Below the pieces are notes generated by a model that did not search any database, had not been told where the DNA came from, and worked only from the letters and a program-made list of their open reading frames with translations. Source: an uncultured virus (IMG/VR IMGVR_UViG_2808606498_000012) (lineage: Duplodnaviria > Heunggongvirae > Uroviricota > Caudoviricetes). From it: a stretch of 20,000 bases of DNA. This document shows, one piece after another, positions 1 through 7,132 of this stretch (the first letter of the stretch is position 1; each line of letters opens with the position of its first letter). The position numbers and the translations under genes were made by a program. The stretch lies in the IMG/VR virus record IMGVR_UViG_2808606498_000012. One strand, written 5' to 3'.

Positions 1-310
1 TCGATGGCAATGGCCTGGGTCAGCCGCATGTGTTCGCCCGCTTTGCCCACATAGCCGCCGCGCTGCGGGCTGACGATGTTGGGGAACTGGCGGGCGAGCG
101 CGTCCGCATCCCGGTCGGCCTGGCGCAATTGACGGTACATGATGTGCCGCTCGAACAGGATCACAGGGCGTCCGTCCGCCAGGAACCCGGCGCCCAGGCT
201 CTCCACCTCGTTCACAGCACGCACCGCAGCCACCGGCACGCCCAGCGTATCCGCTGCGCGCTGCAGGTCTGCCGCGGACAGGTGGCCCGGCTGGCGCGCG
301 CCCGCACGCA
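1..310 (-). CDS. Endolysin (DUF3380-type N-acetylmuramidase), internal fragment; second copy, probably from prophage B
   Basis: Manual minus-strand translation gives ...PGHLSAADLQRAADTLGVPVAAVRAVNEVESLGAGFLADGRPVILFERHIMYRQL..., a close paralog of the endolysin at 2003-2601. Bounded by the window edge and an N gap. Confidence 0.85.
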
Positions 311-410
311 NNNNNNNNNNNNNNNNNNNNNNNNNNNNNNNNNNNNNNNNNNNNNNNNNNNNNNNNNNNNNNNNNNNNNNNNNNNNNNNNNNNNNNNNNN
401 NNNNNNNNNN

Positions 411-430
411 GCTTGGGTCATCGTTGACAT
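411..430 (-). CDS. 5' stub of an unknown gene downstream of gpS (possible moron), cut by the gap
   Basis: Minus strand reads AATAAGGAG-tggct-ATG TCA ACG ATG ACC CAA, a strong Shine-Dalgarno 5 nt before the ATG at 430, in AT-richer DNA. Only about 6 codons are visible. Confidence 0.45.
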
Positions 431-601
431 AGCCACTCCTTATTCGCGAGTCAGCCGAGGAGACTCCTCGGCTCAAGATGCTTTCGCAACCAGAACTTCT
501 CAGATTATGACAGGAGCGGCCAAAAATGGGCAATCATCGGAGCTACAGAGAACGGATTTCGATGTGGGGTGATTTTCAGACTTGTGAGCGATTACGGCGA
601 T

Positions 602-1069
602 TTATTTTGCGAGGTGTGAAAGGGCGAGGTCAGCGATACGCTGGACGTCCGCCTCGTCAAGCCCCAGCAGCTCGCGTGCTGGGTATTGGGCGATGGCGCC
701 GCTCTTGTTCACCCGGTCGCGCAAGCCGAAGTGGTGGACGGTGGCGATGCGCTGCGCGTTGCCTGCGAAGCTCACCACTGCAGTGTTGGCGTCGGTCTCC
801 GTCTTCATGTAGCGGGCCAGCCGCAGACGCACGAACATAGCGCGGCGGATGCGGCCGACGCGGTGCCGCAGCTGCGGCTTGCGCGATACGTAGGGGCTAC
901 CGTCCGGGTTGCGCTGCTCGGCGATGCGGGCAGCTTGGCGCCGGCGTNNNNNNNNNNNNNNNNNNNNNNNNNNNNNNNNNNNNNNNNNNNNNNNNNNNNN
1001 NNNNNNNNNNNNNNNNNNNNNNNNNNNNNNNNNNNNNNNNNNNNNNNGTGCGTCCAGCTTGGTCAGCAT
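602..1069 (-). CDS. gpS: P2 gpS-like virion morphogenesis / tail completion protein (gap at 948-1047; start uncertain)
   Basis: Motifs RIAEQRNPDGSPY..RK, RIATVHHFGLRDRV and YPARELLG are typical of gpS; located directly after gpR. Confidence 0.88.
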   Translation of the reverse strand: MLTKLDAXXXXXXXXXXXXXXXXXXXXXXXXXXXXXXXXXXRRRQAARIAEQRNPDGSPYVSRKPQLRHRVGRIRRAMFVRLRLARYMKTETDANTAVVSFAGNAQRIATVHHFGLRDRVNKSGAIAQYPARELLGLDEADVQRIADLALSHLAK

Positions 1070-1509
1070 CCCCGCCAGCCAGGCCTCCAGCTCGCCGAGT
1101 CGTCGGCATCGTTGACCGGCTCCGGGTGGTGCTCGACCTGGTAGCCGCCGCCAGCCGGCTTCACGGTTACGCGCTCGGTCAATTGCAGCTTGATCGACAG
1201 ATCGACCGTGCAGTGGTTCAGGATTTCAGCCTCGAAGCGGAACCCGTCGCGGCGCCGCTCGTCGTTGGCGAACAGGTCGGGTTGGTTCGTCCGCAACCAG
1301 GCCAGGACCGGGACGACGATGGTGTCCGAGCTGTCCGGGTAGTCGGTCACGATCAGCGTGAGTGTGTACTGGTACTCGAACGACAGCGAGCGGGCGCCGG
1401 TGCCGACCACGCGCCCCTCGTCCACGAACACATGCAGCGCGTCGGGATTGGCGGCCAGGTGCGGCACGCTGGCCGTGAGCGCGTCGCGCAGGCTGGTGAG
1501 CTTCATCAT
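1063..1509 (-). CDS. gpR: P2 gpR-like tail completion protein
   Basis: MKLTSLRDAL..., LHVFVDEG, SLSFEYQYTL, VLAWLRTNQPDL, DLSIKLQLTERV; lies between lysB and S. Confidence 0.92.
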   Translation of the reverse strand: MMKLTSLRDALTASVPHLAANPDALHVFVDEGRVVGTGARSLSFEYQYTLTLIVTDYPDSSDTIVVPVLAWLRTNQPDLFANDERRRDGFRFEAEILNHCTVDLSIKLQLTERVTVKPAGGGYQVEHHPEPVNDADDSASWRPGWRGC

Positions 1510-2006
1510 GGCGCGACACCCTCCCCGATAACGGTTACGCCCTGGTCGCGCAACAGCTGCTGCAGGGCAGTCAGTTGCGCGCTGTTGGCGTGGCTGTCGG
1601 TGTAGTTGTCGGCGACGGTGCCGGCGACAGTAGAGAGCGCAACGCCCGAGGGGGCCGCATCAGCATCGCCGGCACCTGGATCTGGCACTGCGCCGGCGGC
1701 GGCGGCGTCGTGCAGCCGCACAAAGCCGCGAGGAACAACGCAGGAAGCATCAGCCTGGATCGGGACATAGCGCGGAATCTCCTTGATGATGGTGTCGCCC
1801 TTCAGGCGGATCGTTTGCACGCGGTCCACGTACTGCGTGACGGTGACGGTGCTGCCCTGGGCGCCCTTGAGCTGTGTACGCAGATCGGCGGCGGTCCTCT
1901 CGGCGGTGTCGGCGCGATCGATGGCGGCGTCGTAGCTGTGCGCCAGCCACACGCCCAGGCCTGCGACGGCCGCCAGCACACACAGCACAGCGAACGCGCG
2001 GTTCAT
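1506..2006 (-). CDS. lysB: Inner-membrane spanin (LysB/Rz-like)
   Basis: N-terminal transmembrane segment, helical periplasmic region, two Cys; start overlaps the endolysin stop (ATGA); contains an embedded lipoprotein ORF. Confidence 0.8.
   Translation of the reverse strand: MNRAFAVLCVLAAVAGLGVWLAHSYDAAIDRADTAERTAADLRTQLKGAQGSTVTVTQYVDRVQTIRLKGDTIIKEIPRYVPIQADASCVVPRGFVRLHDAAAAGAVPDPGAGDADAAPSGVALSTVAGTVADNYTDSHANSAQLTALQQLLRDQGVTVIGEGVAP
1571..1768 (-). CDS. Outer-membrane spanin lipoprotein (Rz1/LysC-like), embedded in the i-spanin gene in another frame
   Basis: MSRSRLMLPALFLAALCGC: basic N-terminus, hydrophobic core and lipobox Cys19, followed by a Pro-rich mature part with a second Cys (TTPPPPAQC..VPAMLMRPP). 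Confidence 0.75.
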   Translation of the reverse strand: MSRSRLMLPALFLAALCGCTTPPPPAQCQIQVPAMLMRPPRALRSLLSPAPSPTTTPTATPTARN

Positions 2007-2601
2007 GCGGCCTCCCGCTCTTCGGCCTGGTAGCGTGCGAAGGCGCGCGCCAGCTTCACGTCATACAGGTTGTCCTTGTAGGCTGGCCCGTTGTAGAGCG
2101 CGGCGAAGGCGGACCACTTCCCGCCCGTGAGCGCCTTGTGCAAGGCGGGGTCACTGGTGACGAACCGCACGAAGGCGTCGAGCTGCGCTCCCTCGCCGCT
2201 TTGCATGGCGTCCGCGAATGCCTGCACGCTCGGATACCCCAACCGCTCCCAGTGGTATCCCATGACTTGAAACAGCCCCCAGCTCGCCGACGCAAGGGCG
2301 CAATCGCGGTCGATGGCGATGGCCTGAGCGAGCCGCATGTGCTCCCCGGCCTTGCCCACGTAGCCGCCACGGCTCGGGTTGACGATGTTGGGATACCGGG
2401 CCGCGAGCGCGTCCGCATCCTGGTCGGCCTCGCGCAGCTGCCGGTACATGACGTGCCGCTCGAACAGGATCACGGGCCGTCCGTCCGGCAGGAACCCGCT
2501 CCCCCGGCTCTCAACCTCGTTGACCGCGCGCACCGCCGCCAGGGGCACGCCCAGCGTACCCGCCGCGCGTTGCAGATCCGCCGCCGTCAGGTGCCCGGGC
2601 T
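2003..2601 (-). CDS. Endolysin, DUF3380-type N-acetylmuramidase domain (5' part in gap)
   Basis: AVNEVES.GSGF..GRPVILFERH, ASWGLFQVMGYHW, FAALYNGPAYKDNLYDVKL; lies between holin and spanin. Confidence 0.92.
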
Positions 2602-2701
2602 NNNNNNNNNNNNNNNNNNNNNNNNNNNNNNNNNNNNNNNNNNNNNNNNNNNNNNNNNNNNNNNNNNNNNNNNNNNNNNNNNNNNNNNNNNNNNNNNNNN
2701 N

Positions 2702-2998
2702 CAGGCGCACGAGCCAGGACGTGTCGCCGCCGCCCATGCGGAACAGCTCCACCACGTTACCGCGCACCGAAAAGACCGCCAGGCACAGGACGGCAGTGAT
2801 GCCGTTTTGCGCCATCAGCGCCCAATCGAAGCGGCCGAACAGCACGCCGATCGGCACGGCGCCGGCCAGCACGATCAGGGCGTAGGCGAGCCGCGACGCC
2901 CACGGGCGGTGCGCCGCGCNNNNNNNNNNNNNNNNNNGCAGCAGACGCAGCGCGATCAGCGCGCACAGCACCGCCTGCACGATGAACAGGGCATTCAC
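2702..2998 (-). CDS. Putative holin with about three transmembrane segments (3' end in gap, internal 18-N gap)
   Basis: GTG start at 2998 overlaps the upstream stop (GTGA). VNALFIVQAVLCALIALRLL...HRPWASRLAYALIV...AVFSVRGNVVELFR; directly upstream of the endolysin. Confidence 0.78.
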
Positions 2999-3562
2999 GG
3001 TTGGTTTCCTCCACGGTTGTCGCTGCTGCCACCCCGCAGGGCGGCCAACAGCTTGTCGCTGTTGTCGGCCGCGCGGATCAGCGCCAGCAGCAGCTTCACC
3101 ACCACCGTGGAGGCCACCAGCGCGCCCACGGCCTCGCTGACTTCGGTGTTGGCGGGCAGCGCCCGGGCGATCAGNNNNNNNNNNNNNNNNNNNNNNNNNN
3201 NNNNNNNNNNNNNNNNNNNNNNNNNNNNNNNNNNNNNNNNNNNNNNNNNNNNNNNNNNNNNNNNNNNNNNNNNNGGCCACCAGCGCGCCCACGGCCTCGC
3301 TGACTTCGGTGTTGGCGGGCAGCGCCCGGGCGATCAGGGACGCGGCGAGCGGCGCCGACAGGACGCCCGCCACGATCGACAGCACGAGGAAGGACAGCTT
3401 CTTTGCGACCGTCAGTTCGCCCGAATTGAGCGCGAAGACGGCCGCGCCGGCGAAGGCGCCAAGCACAGTGCCCGGGTCCACGCCAGGCAGCAGGGAAACC
3501 GCGCCTACGCTGGTGACGGCAACGGCGGCGGCGGACGTACCGGTTGCGATGGGTTCAGCCAT
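2995..3562 (-). CDS. Putative holin/antiholin membrane protein, split by a gap with a 63-bp artefactual duplication
   Basis: MAEPIATGTS...VLGAFAGAAVFAL...; merging the two contig ends on their shared 63 bp gives one ORF ending ...LLAALRGGSSDNRGGNQP*. Confidence 0.78.
3112..3337. repeat. Identical 63-bp sequence on both sides of a 100-N gap (3112-3174 = 3275-3337; also 13630-13692)
   Basis: ggccaccagcgcgcccacgg...gcccgggcgatcag occurs at three contig ends, consistent with an assembler k-mer overlap. Confidence 0.92.
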
Positions 3563-3577
3563 ATGGATTCCTTGGGT

Positions 3578-3784
3578 TCAGTCCCACAGCTGCACCGTCT
3601 GCGCGGCCTGCCGCTGCGGGGAAATGTCGGGCAGTACCAGCTCGGTCCCGTGCGGCAGGATGGGACCCAAGTCGGCGATGCCGGGGTTGGCGGCCAGCAC
3701 GGCTTCCGTCACGCTCGCCGTGCGGCCGTACACCCGCCGGCAGATGGCGTCGATGGTGTCGCCCTGGATGGCCCGCACGCGCAT
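3578..3784 (-). CDS. gpX: P2 gpX-like tail protein
   Basis: MRVRAIQGDTIDAICRRVYG...VLAANPGIADLGPILPHGT...TVQLWD. Confidence 0.95.
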   Translation of the reverse strand: MRVRAIQGDTIDAICRRVYGRTASVTEAVLAANPGIADLGPILPHGTELVLPDISPQRQAAQTVQLWD

Positions 3785-4263
3785 CAGATCAGCTCCACGG
3801 TGGTGCGCGCAGCGCCGGTGATGTCGCTGACTGCCCAGCGCGCATCGCGGCGCAGATCATCCACCGATGTGTTTTCCGCCTCGGCCTTGCGATCTCCCGC
3901 GGCGGTGGCGTCGAACGACCGGTACCGCTCCATCAGCCAGGCCGCCGCCGTGCAGTGGACCGCGCGCAGGTAGCGGTGCACGTGGCGGCTCCGGCCGTCG
4001 ATCCACTGCCCCGGCACTGCGCCCAGCTCCGTGAATCCGGCGGCGAGCTGCTGCGCCTTCCATGCCGCCAGCTCGTCGTTGACGAACAGCGCGGCGTCGA
4101 CCAGCGCGGCGCGTAGGCGTTCGGGCGTGACTGTGCCGTCCAGGCGCATGGCGGCGCAGGCCTGGTCGACGTCGATGTCCGGGAAAAAGCCGTCGTTGCC
4201 GATCGGCTGCCCACCGGGTTGCGCCGGCGTCGGTACGGGTGCTGCTGCGATGAATGAGGACAT
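3784..4263 (-). CDS. gpL: P2 gpL-like head completion/stabilization protein
   Basis: Start taken at MSSFIAAAP (ATG 4263); NDGFFPDID, MRLDGTVTPERL, YLRAV, RRDARWAVSDITG..RTTVELI. Confidence 0.93.
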   Translation of the reverse strand: MSSFIAAAPVPTPAQPGGQPIGNDGFFPDIDVDQACAAMRLDGTVTPERLRAALVDAALFVNDELAAWKAQQLAAGFTELGAVPGQWIDGRSRHVHRYLRAVHCTAAAWLMERYRSFDATAAGDRKAEAENTSVDDLRRDARWAVSDITGAARTTVELI

Positions 4264-4279
4264 GGTCTTGATGAGCTGG

Positions 4280-4337
4280 GAGGCGGTGGACGGGGCGACG
4301 ATTCGCGGCACGCCGGAAGGTCGCCCCGTGCCGCCTC
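4280..4337 (-). promoter_or_regulatory. Conserved bulged stem-loop in the M-L intergenic region (putative cis-acting RNA)
   Basis: On the + strand GAGGCGG pairs with CCGCCTC and ACGGGGCGAC pairs with GTCGCCCCGT; compensatory change in copy B. Confidence 0.65.
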
Positions 4338-4360
4338 GATGCGCGGGGTCACGCTCGGTA

Positions 4361-5083
4361 TCAGCTGCGGCCGTCGCCCTCCTTCGCGTCGGCCTTCGCT
4401 GTGTTCTTGATGTCGCGCTCGATGCGCTCGATGTCTTTCTTCACGCCGCACTTGTCGTGCAGCTCCAGGGCGCGGCGCAGATGCGTTAGCGCGTCCATGC
4501 GCCGGGACACAGCCTCCGGACCGGTGGCCACCTCCGCCAGTGCGGCGCAGGCATAGCCCATCGCCTTGTGCAGCTTGGCGCGCACCTCGTCCGGCATGTC
4601 CTCGGCCGCGACCAGCTCGGCCACCTCGCGCAGCGTGGTCACGTCCACCGGATCGCCGGCCTCGATGCCCTTCAGGGCCATGTTGGCGAACTCTTCGGCG
4701 ATCAGGCAGGCCGTGGTGCGCTGGTACTGGTCGGGCATCTCCAACTGGTGCCGGATCGCGTAAGCGGCCAGCTCCAGGGCGTCGGCGAAGTTACCGACAT
4801 CGATCAGCCATACCATCACCGTCATAAAGACTTCGTCCTGCGCGCCGGTGTCGGCCTCCAGCACGCCACGGACCCAGGCCGCGTACTCGGGCAGCAGCTT
4901 GCGCTTGAGCTCCGCCTTGCGCTCGACGGACTGCACCTGCTTGAGCTGGCGCTTGTGCTCGGCCAGTTGCGCCAGCATCAGCTCCTGGCCGGTGGCATAG
5001 CGCAGCGGGTTGGAAGCCTGCGCGGCCTTGGCCGCCGAGGCGGCCGTCACGCGCAGGAAGTGGTTGCGGGCCGGGCTGGTCAT
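4361..5083 (-). CDS. gpM: Terminase small (endonuclease) subunit, P2 gpM-like
   Basis: Start MTSPARNHF (ATG 5083 overlaps the capsid stop); LKQVQSVERKAELKRKLLPEY, DMPDEVRAKLHKA, CGVKKDIERIER. Confidence 0.94.
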   Translation of the reverse strand: MTSPARNHFLRVTAASAAKAAQASNPLRYATGQELMLAQLAEHKRQLKQVQSVERKAELKRKLLPEYAAWVRGVLEADTGAQDEVFMTVMVWLIDVGNFADALELAAYAIRHQLEMPDQYQRTTACLIAEEFANMALKGIEAGDPVDVTTLREVAELVAAEDMPDEVRAKLHKAMGYACAALAEVATGPEAVSRRMDALTHLRRALELHDKCGVKKDIERIERDIKNTAKADAKEGDGRS

Positions 5084-6096
5084 GCTGCCGCCGCCAGTTC
5101 GATGTTCTCGGCCATGGCTGCGCACGCCAGGTCTTCGATCACGTACGCGTCGTTGCTCGACTCGTAGTTCTCGATGCGATCGCGCTTCGCGTTGTCCAGG
5201 ATCGTGCGACGGCGCGCGTTCTCCTGGTAGTAGATGGACAGGTTGTCCAGGCGCGTCACCAGCAGGCCATTCGCCGGGAAGTACGGCACGCGCACCGCCT
5301 GCAGGTTGCCGATGCGCTTCTGGCTGATGATGAGGTCGGCCGCGATCTGCTGGACCGGGTCGCGGTCTTTGTTCACCAGCGGGAAGTACTTGTCGGCCAG
5401 CAGGTTGCGACCACACAGCACGACCAGCTCCGGATCCTCGGCGTACCACGGCTCGACCAGCTGGTTCACGACGTCGAACACCAGGGCGTCCAGGTTGCCG
5501 TAGTCCCCACCCGCGCCGACGATGATCTTGCCGGCCGCTTTTTTGCCTTCCTCCATGACGCGCTGCGGCGCCTGTTCGCGCAGGTTCTGCAGCCAGCCTT
5601 TGTTCACGTCCTGGAGCATCGGGTTGACCACCCGATTGGACGTGGCGGCTCGGCTGACACCGTTGAAGCCGATCATGATGCGATCCAGCGCCTGGCGCTT
5701 GATGATGGCGTCGCGGATCCGGGTCTGGAAGTCGGGGAACTTGGCCCAGGCGTCCAGCCTCTGGTAGGTGATGTGCGTGTCGGAGTTGGTCTGCTCGCAC
5801 CGGTAGCGGCGGCCGTCCAGCGTGGCAATGTCGGAGGTCTGCCGGTCCTGCTGGGTGGTGTCGGTGTTGCTTGCCACCGGGCCCGACACGCCCAGGCCGA
5901 TCTTTTCGGCTTCCTGTTCGGGCACGCCATAGAAGTTGATGCGGGTCAGGAAATCGCTCGACTCCTGAACCTTGGTCTCCAGCTTCTGCTGGACGCTCGG
6001 CGCGACGCTGAACTTCTCATCAACGCGAGCCACGCCGTTGAGCTTGGCGATTGCGTCCTTGTAAGCCGTGAAGAGGCGGCGGGTTTCGTTGCGCAT
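5080..6096 (-). CDS. gpN: Major capsid protein, P2 gpN-like
   Basis: Start MRNETRRLF (6096); FSVAPSVQQKLE, LDAWAKFPDFQ, LDRIMIGFNG, PMLQDVNKGWLQ, LDNLSIYYQ, YESSNDAYVIED. Confidence 0.96.
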   Translation of the reverse strand: MRNETRRLFTAYKDAIAKLNGVARVDEKFSVAPSVQQKLETKVQESSDFLTRINFYGVPEQEAEKIGLGVSGPVASNTDTTQQDRQTSDIATLDGRRYRCEQTNSDTHITYQRLDAWAKFPDFQTRIRDAIIKRQALDRIMIGFNGVSRAATSNRVVNPMLQDVNKGWLQNLREQAPQRVMEEGKKAAGKIIVGAGGDYGNLDALVFDVVNQLVEPWYAEDPELVVLCGRNLLADKYFPLVNKDRDPVQQIAADLIISQKRIGNLQAVRVPYFPANGLLVTRLDNLSIYYQENARRRTILDNAKRDRIENYESSNDAYVIEDLACAAMAENIELAAAA

Positions 6097-6149
6097 TGTG
6101 TTGACTCCGGTGTGTGGTCTGGTTGGTGTGCTGCGGGCCGGTGGCCGGG

Positions 6150-6989
6150 TCAGCAATCGGTCGTGATGGACGCGCCGTCGCCACCCGTGGCCGGCGGGCG
6201 GGCGGCGTAGGTGTCGGTCTTCTCGAGCTGGGCCTTCAGCGCGTTGAACTGCTTGTCGCGTTCCGCGCCTTGGCTGCTCATGGCGGTCAGCTGGTCGGTG
6301 ACGGCCTTGAGCGCCGTACTGAACTGCTCGCCGGTTGCCTGCACCTGCTGTGCGACCGTCTGCACGGCTTCCTGCACGTCCGCAAAACGTGCGTCGTTGT
6401 TGCTGTCGGATCTGCGCTGCTTGGAGAACAGGCGCTTGATGCTGTCGGCAAAGCCCGTGGGCACACTCGTCGCCGTGTAGTTCGTCACTTCGGGCGAGAA
6501 GTCGAGCGGCACCTCCACGGCCTCGGTGAAGAGGTTGTCCGGGTGCTGCTTGCGCGCGGCGAGCGGGTTCGTTTTGGCCTTGGCGCTGAACTGCAGGACT
6601 TCGCACCCGAGGCTCGCCGGGTTGTCGGTCACGGCCAGGCCGACCAGATAGGCCTCGCCGGTATCCGCAAAGCTCGGCTGCAGCTCCATGGACGAAAAGA
6701 TCTTCTGCCGGGCCTTGGTCATGGCGACCAGATCGTCCGTGGGGTCGATCTGCGCGAACAAACCGAGCTTGCCGTCCTGTTCCTCGGTCTTCAGCGCGGT
6801 CACGTCGCCGTAGGCCTTGAACGGGCCGGCCGGGTCGTAGCCGCGGATGTGCTCCAGGTTGACGCGCGCGGTGTAGACCTTGGGGTCGTAGTTGCTTGCC
6901 ATCTCGATCAGCGTTTCGCGGTCGATCACGCGGCCGTCGCTCGTTGCGCCTTCGGTGGCGATGCGGAAGAACTTGGTGCCCTTGGCCAT
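6150..6989 (-). CDS. gpO: Capsid scaffolding protein/protease, P2 gpO-like
   Basis: Start MAKGTKFFRIATEGATSDGRVI (6989); YTARVNLEH, AYLVGLAVTDNPASLG; C-terminus RPPATGG...TDC. Confidence 0.95.
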   Translation of the reverse strand: MAKGTKFFRIATEGATSDGRVIDRETLIEMASNYDPKVYTARVNLEHIRGYDPAGPFKAYGDVTALKTEEQDGKLGLFAQIDPTDDLVAMTKARQKIFSSMELQPSFADTGEAYLVGLAVTDNPASLGCEVLQFSAKAKTNPLAARKQHPDNLFTEAVEVPLDFSPEVTNYTATSVPTGFADSIKRLFSKQRRSDSNNDARFADVQEAVQTVAQQVQATGEQFSTALKAVTDQLTAMSSQGAERDKQFNALKAQLEKTDTYAARPPATGGDGASITTDC

Positions 6990-7027
6990 GGTGTCCTCTG
7001 TGGTCAGTGGTTCGGTGTGGTGCTGCC

Positions 7028-7126
7028 ATCTTCTGCGTGCGGCATCGCGCGGACAACGCATTGATGTTGTGAGAACCCGCGCCACAACAGGCTGCGCGTG
7101 GCACGCGCGCGCGTGGCCGGTAGCGT
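7028..7126. promoter_or_regulatory. Divergent late promoter for O and P with Ogr-type activator site TGTTGT-N13-ACAACA (7065-7089)
   Basis: Inverted repeat matching the late-promoter consensus I recall for phiRSA1. Candidate -10 boxes TAGCGT (+, 7121-7126) and GAAGAT (-, 7033-7028) both start 44 bp from the centre. Conserved in copy B. Confidence 0.85.
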
Positions 7127-7132
7127 TGCGGC

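Noticed and set aside
2003..3562. 519-aa holin-holin-endolysin fusion ORF in the track
   Set aside because: Artefact of reading through three N gaps; real stop/start overlaps (GTGA at 2995-2998) define separate genes.
1874..3973. Long plus-strand ORF of 699 aa, and similar antisense ORFs such as 11062-12312 and 18099-19232
   Set aside because: Antisense shadows of real genes, expected at high GC, with no recognisable motifs.
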